From an uncultured Clostridia bacterium (GTDB taxonomy: Bacteria > Bacillota > Clostridia > Christensenellales > UBA1242): DNA of 64,000 nucleotides. How positions within the stretch are numbered: position 1 is the first letter of the stretch; each line of letters opens with the position of its first letter. A model generated the notes under the pieces. The model saw only the letters and a list, made by a program, of their open reading frames with translations, made no database searches and was not told the origin of the DNA. Positions 48,031 through 56,110 of this stretch are shown here, piece by piece. The stretch covers positions 129,185-193,184 of the forward strand of contig CALVZK010000001.1 of the NCBI GenBank assembly GCA_944372505.1, given 5' to 3'. Both the position numbers and the translations under genes were made by a program.

Positions 48031-48059
48031 ATTATAACTTTTAACAAAAAAATTGTCAA
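48031..48059 (-). promoter_or_regulatory. consensus sigma-A promoter abutting the GlmU-like/pth/mfd operon
   Basis: Minus strand: TTGACA (48059-48054), 17 nt, TATAAT (48036-48031), 6 nt, ATG at 48024. No SD. Confidence 0.7.
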
Positions 48060-48199
48060 CAACTTATTATAATTATTATTAATAATCAAAATTTTGAAGA
48101 TAATAAAAATTACAAATTAAAAAAAATAATCAAAAACATTTTTTAAAAATTAAAAATTGTGTTATTATCAAAATATAAAAATTAATAAGGAGAAATTTA

Positions 48200-49288
48200 A
48201 TGCAAAAAAAATTAAATATTAAATGTTTATCAGCGCTTTTGGTTATTTTTGCTATTTTAATACTCTCTTCTTCTATATTCTCTCCCGTATTCCAAAATTC
48301 AAAAGCTGAAAATGTTAACTCTTTAGGCATTTTAAATAATTCTTTATATGTCGAATTAATAAATAGAAATGATAGTCCTATTGATGTTTCCTCTACTAAA
48401 ACAGATTATTCAGGCGGGACCGCATATATTGGTGATTGGGCTTTAAGTAAAGAACTGCGAGTAAATTATATTGCCGATGAAGATAATCTTCCAATAGGTA
48501 TACCAGATAGCGAAAATCCTGAAATTTTAAATTATACTTTAACTGTAAATGTAGAATATCTACAAGGATATACTGATACTAATGATTTTGATGTTAAAGC
48601 AACCGTTTTATTTGAAGATGTAATGAAAGTAAAAACCAATGATTATAAAGAATTAGAAAATTATGTTTATATCTTTGATATAGACTCTGGGATTGAAGAA
48701 ATAGTTGGTACTGAAGTAAAATTAGCTTATGGTTGGGGAATTTATAGATTTACTTTTGATATAAATGGTTATAATTATGTTTCCGACTTTTATGTGATAG
48801 ATCCAAGTAACATCCTCCCACAACCACAAATTCAAGCAGAAAGAATACCAAGCCAAAATTCAATGCACGATTCGTATAAATTTACATTAGTAAATGCAGA
48901 CGACTATAAATATATTGATCAATCCTGTTTAATTTGGTATATAGATGGTGAAGGAATAGATGGAACAAAATATTGTTTGTTGCAAGAAGATGTATCGTTA
49001 GCAGACTATAATGAGACTTATAAACCATTATGGGACAGATATAACAGAACAGGTACAGAATTTACTTTTAATGACAATGAAAAAGCAGGAACATACCAAA
49101 TATGGTGTAGATATAAATATCATAATGCAGATAGTTCAACTTCTAGTGATCGTAAAATAACAGTAAAAACTGGTACGATACCAGATTATACATATATAAT
49201 ATATATAGTGATAGCAATAGCGGTATTATCAATTATAATAACAATATCAGTTGCTATAGCAAAGAAAAAGAAAGAAAAAGTATGGTAA
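48200..49288 (+). CDS. hypothetical type-I membrane/surface protein
   Basis: SD AAGGAG, N-terminal signal peptide, beta-rich ectodomain, and a C-terminal TM helix followed by KKKKEKVW. Confidence 0.65.
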   Translation: MQKKLNIKCLSALLVIFAILILSSSIFSPVFQNSKAENVNSLGILNNSLYVELINRNDSPIDVSSTKTDYSGGTAYIGDWALSKELRVNYIADEDNLPIGIPDSENPEILNYTLTVNVEYLQGYTDTNDFDVKATVLFEDVMKVKTNDYKELENYVYIFDIDSGIEEIVGTEVKLAYGWGIYRFTFDINGYNYVSDFYVIDPSNILPQPQIQAERIPSQNSMHDSYKFTLVNADDYKYIDQSCLIWYIDGEGIDGTKYCLLQEDVSLADYNETYKPLWDRYNRTGTEFTFNDNEKAGTYQIWCRYKYHNADSSTSSDRKITVKTGTIPDYTYIIYIVIAIAVLSIIITISVAIAKKKKEKVW

Positions 49289-49290
49289 AA

Positions 49291-49325
49291 CAAAAACAAA
49301 CGATATTATTTATCGTTTGTTTTTT
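49291..49325. terminator. bidirectional terminator
   Basis: ACAAACGATA (49296-49305), loop TTATT, TATCGTTTGT (49311-49320), T5, with an A-run upstream. Confidence 0.75.
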
Positions 49326-49719
49326 AAAATACATTATGGATATTTGCACCCATAAAATGAAGATAACTATGACAATAAAACTTTATAAGTTCAATAGAAA
49401 CTTTAGCGGAAGCAACATCATTATCGTAAATATACATTTTAAGTTTCGCAATTTCTTGTCCTATTTCTTGTATACTTTTATGGTTAACTAAATAACATAA
49501 TTTTTTTTCATCTTTAGTCCAATTGTACTCCAAATTATCTACAGCAAGTACCACATCCATATTCTTTAAATTCTCATTGGCATCAATAATCTTTTCAATT
49601 TGATAACAACACATATGTGTTTCTTTTAAAGATTTTGAAACTAAAACATCTTCTGTTATACAAACTGCTACAATTATAATAAAAATAATGAAAAAATTAA
49701 TAAAATGAAATATTTTCAT
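49324..49719 (-). CDS. DUF4363-like small membrane protein
   Basis: 131 aa with an N-terminal TM helix. It is partnered with and 4-nt overlapped by a DUF421 gene, the usual arrangement. Confidence 0.6.
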   Translation of the reverse strand: MKIFHFINFFIIFIIIVAVCITEDVLVSKSLKETHMCCYQIEKIIDANENLKNMDVVLAVDNLEYNWTKDEKKLCYLVNHKSIQEIGQEIAKLKMYIYDNDVASAKVSIELIKFYCHSYLHFMGANIHNVF

Positions 49720-50438
49720 TGGCTTACCAACCTTTTAGTATTAAATGTTTTCCCTTCCCCTTTTTTAAACTGCAAATAACATTCACCATTTTGATCTATG
49801 GTAAAAAGTAAAGCATCTTTTACTTTAATATTTTTTTTATCGCTATTTTCTTGTAATAATTTTATAATTTTATCTTCACCAATGCCCGCAAGTGCAATGT
49901 TCTCATCGATAATTTTTCCTTCACTAATTAAAACGATTGGAATAAATGATTCTTTAGTTTTTAATTGCATATCATTATTAGTTACAGGAGAATATTCGCT
50001 TTTAGGCATAACGCTAACTTTTCCATTTGTTTCCATAATTGCATATTGAACTTGAGATATGTTAAAATAACCACATTCTCTTAATGCGGCAAATAAATCA
50101 TCATTTGATAAGTTTAATTTTTTTAGCGCTTTATAGTCAATACCTTTAGGATTTATAATAATAACAGGTTTACCACTAATAATTTTGCTAAATTTTAAAC
50201 TATTTCTACTTATTAGAGCAAGTAAAAAATGTAAAACAACAAGAGTTAATAATGGCAAAATACCATGAAGAACAGGTACAGAAACCTCTGCCATCGGAAT
50301 AGTTGCAAGGTCGGCAATGATTAAAGTTAGCACAAGTTCAAATGGTTGCATTTGTCCCAATTGCCTTTTGCCCATTAATCTAAAAATTATTAAAACAATT
50401 AAATAAATCAAAATTGATCTTATAACAATAGTTAACAT
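49716..50438 (-). CDS. DUF421 (YetF/YdfS-like) membrane protein
   Basis: N-terminus IRSILIYLIVLIIFRLMGKRQLGQMQPFELVLTLIIADLA is characteristic of the family. Confidence 0.8.
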   Translation of the reverse strand: MLTIVIRSILIYLIVLIIFRLMGKRQLGQMQPFELVLTLIIADLATIPMAEVSVPVLHGILPLLTLVVLHFLLALISRNSLKFSKIISGKPVIIINPKGIDYKALKKLNLSNDDLFAALRECGYFNISQVQYAIMETNGKVSVMPKSEYSPVTNNDMQLKTKESFIPIVLISEGKIIDENIALAGIGEDKIIKLLQENSDKKNIKVKDALLFTIDQNGECYLQFKKGEGKTFNTKRLVSQ

Positions 50439-50471
50439 ATCATTATTTTGTGCAATTTTAAACTATTATAC

Positions 50472-52004
50472 CTATGTTTTAGCTTTTATTTTTGGCTTTA
50501 ATTTAAATTTATTTTTAGCGTACATAAATATTGTTTTAAAATCATAAATATTAAAAACGTTTGCAAGAAGAATACTTGATATAAGACTAACAAAACCACC
50601 AATGATAATAGTAATAAATAATGGAAAAATATAATTACACAAACTAGTCACAAAAGCTGTTAACGCAGAAATAGGAATTAAAAGTAAAATAACTTTAAAG
50701 AATATTGGCGCTATTTTTAATTCAACTTTAGTTTTTCGCTTTAATAATAAAATGTTTAAAATTGCAGTTATAGAATAATCAATTCCCATAGCCCAAATTA
50801 CAGCATTAATACCAAAAATTGTAGGTAAAAACCATAGAGCAAAAAATAGAAAAATTGCACCAATAATAAAGTTTATAAATGACCTTGTTTCGTATCCCAA
50901 AGAATTTAAGTACGCCGATGTTATATTAGTTAAGCCTAAAGGAATAACTATCCAACATGCAGATTGTAATAATGTTCCACTTAAAATATCGTCATACAAA
51001 AATACACCTATAAACTCTCCCATTCCAAGAAAAATTGGCACGAAAAGTGCTGAGATTACCAATGCAAAGAAAAGTGATTTTTGTATTCTTTTTTCTATAT
51101 GTTCATTGTCGTTTTGCGCTTTTGCACGAGATATGTCTGGAACAAGGGCTGTTGATAAAGAACCTATTAAAGAAGTAGATATAAATAAAAGTGGCAAAGT
51201 CATACCTACAGCAACTCCATACATACTTAAAGCCTGCGAACTTGTATACCCTATTGTCATAAGCCTGGCAGGTACAATTAATGCAATCAACGGTTGAATA
51301 AATGATCCCGCAACACGCATTAATGTTATTGGAGTGCTTTGTTTTAATAAAGGTTTTAAATATTGTTTTTTTAATTTGCCAATTTTGCCATCATAATAAA
51401 AAAACAAAAGTATTACTAGAACCATTGAAAATAAACAAGCAATAGACATTGACCAACCTAAATTCAATGCATTTTCAATTGCCGATAAACTTGAACCAAT
51501 CATTAGAACAGCAACGACAATTCTAACAAGTTGTTCATAAAATTCAGTAACGCATAAAGCAAAATAATTCCCTTTTCCCCACATTGCCCCACGCAAAACG
51601 CAATAAACAGATGAAAATACTAAAGCTGGTAAAAGAGAAACAAGTATTTGAAAACATCTTGCATCTGTAAAAATTTTTGTGAAAACATTTTTAAAAATTA
51701 AAACCACCAAACATAAAACTAATGACAAAATTAAAGTATATAACAGAGATACAGCTAAAAAAGATCCTTCTTTTTTATTATCTTTGTTCACAACATATGC
51801 AGAAGTCATTCTTGATATGATTAATGGAATTCCACTAGAAATAACTGTTAGTAAAACCATAAAAACTGAAAAAGCAACTTGAAATAAACCAACCCCTTCT
51901 GCTCCTACTTCTCTAGATAAAATAATTCTAAAAATAAAACCTGATAATCTTGTCAAAAAAGAAAATACAGTTATTAAAGCAACAGTTTTAAATAACGATT
52001 TCAT
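50472..52004 (-). CDS. MurJ/SpoVB-family polysaccharide (lipid II) flippase, likely stage V sporulation protein B
   Basis: 510 aa with about 14 TM helices. N-terminus FLTRLSGFIFRIILSREVGAEGVGLFQ is typical of MOP/SpoVB proteins. SD GAGAGG is present. Confidence 0.75.
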   Translation of the reverse strand: MKSLFKTVALITVFSFLTRLSGFIFRIILSREVGAEGVGLFQVAFSVFMVLLTVISSGIPLIISRMTSAYVVNKDNKKEGSFLAVSLLYTLILSLVLCLVVLIFKNVFTKIFTDARCFQILVSLLPALVFSSVYCVLRGAMWGKGNYFALCVTEFYEQLVRIVVAVLMIGSSLSAIENALNLGWSMSIACLFSMVLVILLFFYYDGKIGKLKKQYLKPLLKQSTPITLMRVAGSFIQPLIALIVPARLMTIGYTSSQALSMYGVAVGMTLPLLFISTSLIGSLSTALVPDISRAKAQNDNEHIEKRIQKSLFFALVISALFVPIFLGMGEFIGVFLYDDILSGTLLQSACWIVIPLGLTNITSAYLNSLGYETRSFINFIIGAIFLFFALWFLPTIFGINAVIWAMGIDYSITAILNILLLKRKTKVELKIAPIFFKVILLLIPISALTAFVTSLCNYIFPLFITIIIGGFVSLISSILLANVFNIYDFKTIFMYAKNKFKLKPKIKAKT

Positions 52005-52065
52005 TTATTACCTCTCATATATTTTATTAGACAAGCATAAAATTTAATACAAAATAGGAGTAAAT

Positions 52066-52230
52066 ATGAAAAAAGTATTAAATGAAATTTATATTGTTCA
52101 AGAAGATGATACTATTGATTCAATTGCATCAAAATACAACGTATCTCCTATTTCTATATTAATTTTAAACAATATTATTCCCAAAATGATAAAAAAAGGA
52201 AAAGTCCTTTTTATTAAAAAAAATATATAA
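52066..52230 (+). CDS. small LysM-domain protein (54 aa, absent from the ORF track)
   Basis: SD AGGAG (52056-52060) lies 5 nt before the ATG. MKKVLNEIYIVQEDDTIDSIASKYNVSPISILILNNIIPKMIKKGKVLFIKKNI fits the LysM pattern Y.V..GDTl..IA.kY.v....l...N. Confidence 0.6.
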   Translation: MKKVLNEIYIVQEDDTIDSIASKYNVSPISILILNNIIPKMIKKGKVLFIKKNI

Positions 52231-52350
52231 AAAATACAAAAAAAATAAATTGACTAAAATTAATTGATTAAAATTAAAAAATTAAAAATTAATAAATAAA
52301 TTAAAATAACTAGAATTATTTATTTATTTTCTTAATTAAAATAATCTAAT

Positions 52351-53079
52351 TTATTTATTTTTATTTTTTTTAAATATTTTATTTGTCGATTTTTGTATAA
52401 AAGATTCAATATTCTTACTATAACGGTTAGAAAGATAAATTAAAACAAAAGATATTAACAATATAACTCCCCATACAAAAAGTCCCCATCCGTGATAAGG
52501 TATAATTTCTCCACTTGAAAAATAACTTACCAAAAAAATACTAATAGGTCGTGTTACAAATTGAGTTACCATAAAAAAAGTCCAAGTCATATCAGTTAAG
52601 CCTGCAACTAAACAAAGAATATCATCAGGGAAGCAAGGCAAAAGCATCATAATAACAAATGAAAATTTACAGTTATTTAAAAATCTTTTCCATTTTTGAG
52701 AGGTTGTTTCCCCTACCATAAATTTAACAAGTTTATTTCCGAACATTCTGCCCAAAAAAAATGCAAAAGCGCTACCTAGTAAAATACCTGATAAAGACAA
52801 AATTGTAGATTGAAAAGGCCCGTATATTATTGATCCTGCAATGATAAGTATGGGTGAAGGAATTGGAATTAATGTTACTTGTAAAAATTGAAAAAACACA
52901 AAAGCAAATCTTCCCCAAAACCCTAAACTTAATATGAATTTTCTAAATTTATCAATAGAATTTAACTTTTCCCATGTTCCGGTCCATACTAATATAAAAT
53001 ATATAAGAGTTAAAAAACCCGCAATAGAAAAAAATATTAAACTAATTCGTAAAATTTTTTTTGATAATGTCATTTCCAT
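52351..53079 (-). CDS. TVP38/TMEM64 (DedA-related) family membrane protein
   Basis: LQVTLIPIPSPILIIAGSIIYGPFQSTILSLSGILLGSAFAFFLGRMFG is a typical family core. Confidence 0.8.
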   Translation of the reverse strand: MEMTLSKKILRISLIFFSIAGFLTLIYFILVWTGTWEKLNSIDKFRKFILSLGFWGRFAFVFFQFLQVTLIPIPSPILIIAGSIIYGPFQSTILSLSGILLGSAFAFFLGRMFGNKLVKFMVGETTSQKWKRFLNNCKFSFVIMMLLPCFPDDILCLVAGLTDMTWTFFMVTQFVTRPISIFLVSYFSSGEIIPYHGWGLFVWGVILLISFVLIYLSNRYSKNIESFIQKSTNKIFKKNKNK

Positions 53080-53145
53080 GTTTTTATTATGACTAATTTT
53101 TATTTTTCAATTCCTTTAAAAAAGTATATTTTTTTTTAGATAACT

Positions 53146-53151
53146 TATACT
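53146..53151 (+). promoter_or_regulatory. candidate -10 box (TATACT) 7 nt before the vanW-family ATG
   Basis: TATACT atttcta ATG. No SD, poor -35. Confidence 0.3.
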
Positions 53152-53158
53152 ATTTCTA

Positions 53159-54682
53159 ATGAAAAATAATATAGAAGAAAAGAGCAAAAATAAGAAAAAG
53201 AAAAAATCTTCATTGTTATGGTTATTATCCGTCTCATTTATAGCTGTCGGCTTACTTTTATTTTGTCAATTTTATTTTGGAGATACAATCTCTGATAAAA
53301 CTACATTTTATAAAAATACTTATGTAAATGGCGTTGATATATCTGGTTTAACTAAAGAAGAGGCAAATAATCTGTTAACAACAAAATTTATAGAAAATAA
53401 AAATAATATAAATTTGACTTTAACAGATGGAAATAAAAATTGGACTCTTAAAGGTGAAGATTTTGAAGTGATTGGAAATTTTGAAAATTCATTAGACAAC
53501 ATTATCAATTATGGTAGAGAAGGAAATATTTTTCAAAAAAGAAAAATAGAAAATCAAATTAAAAAAGACGGTTTAATGTTAACTGTATCCTATAAGAATT
53601 TAATAGGAGGAATAGATGAAAAAATTAATGAAATAGCAGATGAAATAGAGAATTCTAATAATGACAGTAAAATTAATTTTGATCCAAATAGTGAAAAAAT
53701 GTTTTCCATAATTGAAGGAAATGATAAAAAAATAATTAATAGACAAAAACTTGAAGAAAAAATAAATTTTGCTATTGAAAATAGGGACTTCTCTACAATT
53801 GAAATACCTTTTGAAGAAATTATACCTAATAAAACTTTAGAAGATTTATTGTCAAGTATAACTTTAAGAAGTAGTTTTACCACCGATTATTCTAAATCAA
53901 CACAAAATAGAAAAGAAAATATTAAATTAGCTTTATCAAAATTTAATGGAATGATTGTTGAGCCTGGAGAAAAAATTTCTTTTAATTCAATTACAGGTCC
54001 AAGAACAAAAGAAAATGGTTATAAGAATGCTTATGTTATAATAAATGGTAGTTATACTTCTGGCGTTGGCGGTGGAGTCTGCCAAGCATCTACAACATTA
54101 TATAATGCTCTAATAAGAGCAGATATAGATATTCTCCAAGTAAATCATCATTCCCTTCCTGCTTCTTATGTTCCATTATCTTTCGATGCTATGGTTAGCG
54201 AGGGTTATGCAGATTTAGTTTTTCAAAATACATTAGACACTCCAATTTATGTAAAATGTATTTGTACAAACACTGATGTAACAGTAGAAATATATGGACA
54301 GCCCTTTAATGATGAGATTTCTATACAAACAAAAACAGAACTTTTAAAAGTCATTCCCCACAAGGGCGATACCATAATTACAGATACGACCGGAGAATAT
54401 TCAAATCACGTTCTTTATAAAGGTGAATATTACAGATTAAAATATCCTCAAGAAGGATACGAAAGCAAAGGTTATATTCAATATGTAAAAAATGGAGAAG
54501 TAATTAAAGAAAAAGAAATAAGACATGACCACTACCCTGCACAAAATGGAATTATTGTGGAGGGAAGTAACGAGCTTGGAGAAGGAATGACGTTGCCACC
54601 TACTAATGTTAAATATATTTCACCCCAAAAAGTTACTAAAACCACCCTAGAAAATGCAAAGAAAAAATACAATATACAATAA
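53159..54682 (+). CDS. VanW-family protein
   Basis: N-terminal TM helix and a VanW core with GGGVCQASTTLYNA. Confidence 0.85.
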   Translation: MKNNIEEKSKNKKKKKSSLLWLLSVSFIAVGLLLFCQFYFGDTISDKTTFYKNTYVNGVDISGLTKEEANNLLTTKFIENKNNINLTLTDGNKNWTLKGEDFEVIGNFENSLDNIINYGREGNIFQKRKIENQIKKDGLMLTVSYKNLIGGIDEKINEIADEIENSNNDSKINFDPNSEKMFSIIEGNDKKIINRQKLEEKINFAIENRDFSTIEIPFEEIIPNKTLEDLLSSITLRSSFTTDYSKSTQNRKENIKLALSKFNGMIVEPGEKISFNSITGPRTKENGYKNAYVIINGSYTSGVGGGVCQASTTLYNALIRADIDILQVNHHSLPASYVPLSFDAMVSEGYADLVFQNTLDTPIYVKCICTNTDVTVEIYGQPFNDEISIQTKTELLKVIPHKGDTIITDTTGEYSNHVLYKGEYYRLKYPQEGYESKGYIQYVKNGEVIKEKEIRHDHYPAQNGIIVEGSNELGEGMTLPPTNVKYISPQKVTKTTLENAKKKYNIQ

Positions 54683-54710
54683 AAAAGAGAAATACGTATT
54701 TCTCTTTTTA
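54681..54710. terminator. bidirectional terminator between vanW-family gene and cca
   Basis: Perfect palindrome AGAGAAATACGTATTTCTCT (54687-54706), flanked by A6 and T4. Confidence 0.8.
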
Positions 54711-54713
54711 TAA

Positions 54714-55955
54714 TTATAAATATTTTAATTTTTTTTCTACAGCTTGAATAAGTTCATCTCTTTCATTATTTATCTGCCCATCAAAAACATCACTCAAGAG
54801 ACTTTCTAAAATGGGTTTATATCTATTTGATTTTACTGTTGGATAATGTTGTTTAATATCTTCCCCATTTATTTTAAGATCTTTAGTTGAAACAATCAAT
54901 TTGTGTGAAATTATATATTTATAGAAAAATTGATATTTATTGGCTAAATATTTTGACTTATGAATTAACAAAGAATATATCTCTTCAAAATTATCAAAAT
55001 ATTTAAAAAAATATGGTTTATTTTGTAAATGATTAAGAGCCTCATAATATCCTGAAAGAATATTAATATATTGTTCAACCATTTTATTCGGCATTTTAAA
55101 TGAGTCAGATAAAATTAAATTTAAGTAATAGGAAATTGAAATAGGATTAACTGTATCTATAACATCAATTAAAAAACCTTTTGATTTTCTTTCAACTTTT
55201 TTAACCATCTTAAAACGAATTTTAGGACTATCAATACCAAATATAGGCCATACTTTTGCTTTATTAAATTGCCTTAAGGCTAACATATAGGAATGTTTTT
55301 TTGCAAATTTAGGATATTTAGATGGACTATGAAGTATTTGGGTTATTTCATAAATAAATCTCTCTCCAGAAACATCTCTTAAATTATTCAAATATAGCAA
55401 TGCTCCCTCTTTTGTCTGTTTATCTATTTTGAAATTTAGTTCACATTGAAACCTAAATAATCTCAAAATTCGTAATCCGTCATGAGAAAAAACAAATTTT
55501 GGAGTTTCAACTGCTCTTATTATTTTCTTATTTATATCTTCAATTCCATTATAAAAGTCCAAAATTTTTTCATTTTTTATATCATAATATATAGCATTAC
55601 AAGTAAAATCTCTTCTTTTTGCATCTTCTCTTACATCATTGATAAATTCCACTTTTTCGGGCATATGCTGACCATTATTAGGATAAAAGTCTCGCCTTAA
55701 CGTTGTATATTCACAAATTTCGCCACTGTCTAATGTTATTAATGCACTTCCCAAAGTTTTACTCTTTATTTTTATTTTAAATCGGCTATCTTTTAAAAGT
55801 TTTTCCACTTCCTCTACTTTTAGTGCCGAAACAATATCTATATCTAAATTTGGAAGACCTAAAATTGAATTTCTAACAAAGCCACCCACTATATATAATG
55901 GACATGGAAAAATATTTGATAGCTCTATTAGACTTTGAGGTGGAGATATATTCAT
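54714..55955 (-). CDS. cca: CCA-adding enzyme / poly(A) polymerase-family tRNA nucleotidyltransferase
   Basis: Contains PLYIVGGFVRNSILG..DIDI and RRDFTCNAIY. SD TAGGAG is present. Confidence 0.8.
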   Translation of the reverse strand: MNISPPQSLIELSNIFPCPLYIVGGFVRNSILGLPNLDIDIVSALKVEEVEKLLKDSRFKIKIKSKTLGSALITLDSGEICEYTTLRRDFYPNNGQHMPEKVEFINDVREDAKRRDFTCNAIYYDIKNEKILDFYNGIEDINKKIIRAVETPKFVFSHDGLRILRLFRFQCELNFKIDKQTKEGALLYLNNLRDVSGERFIYEITQILHSPSKYPKFAKKHSYMLALRQFNKAKVWPIFGIDSPKIRFKMVKKVERKSKGFLIDVIDTVNPISISYYLNLILSDSFKMPNKMVEQYINILSGYYEALNHLQNKPYFFKYFDNFEEIYSLLIHKSKYLANKYQFFYKYIISHKLIVSTKDLKINGEDIKQHYPTVKSNRYKPILESLLSDVFDGQINNERDELIQAVEKKLKYL

Positions 55956-56066
55956 ATTTTGTAAGACTCCTATTTAGTATTTGTAAAAACATTACATATT
56001 TATAACCATATTTACAAATATAGAATAATATTTTATAATAACAAAGTCAAATCTATTTAATAAAGT

Positions 56067-56096
56067 TTGACAATTTGTAAATAAATAAATTATAAT
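56067..56096 (+). promoter_or_regulatory. consensus sigma-A promoter of the P-type ATPase
   Basis: TTGACA (56067-56072), 18 nt, TATAAT (56091-56096). ATG is 14 nt downstream with no SD. Confidence 0.65.
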
Positions 56097-56110
56097 AAAC
56101 TAACTAAATT

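Noticed and set aside
48130-49491. ORFs 48130-48330 (minus strand) and 49282-49491 (plus strand) in or near intergenic DNA.
   Set aside because: The first spans the promoter, SD and 5' end of the 48200 gene. The second runs through a strong bidirectional terminator into the DUF4363 gene. Neither has translation signals.
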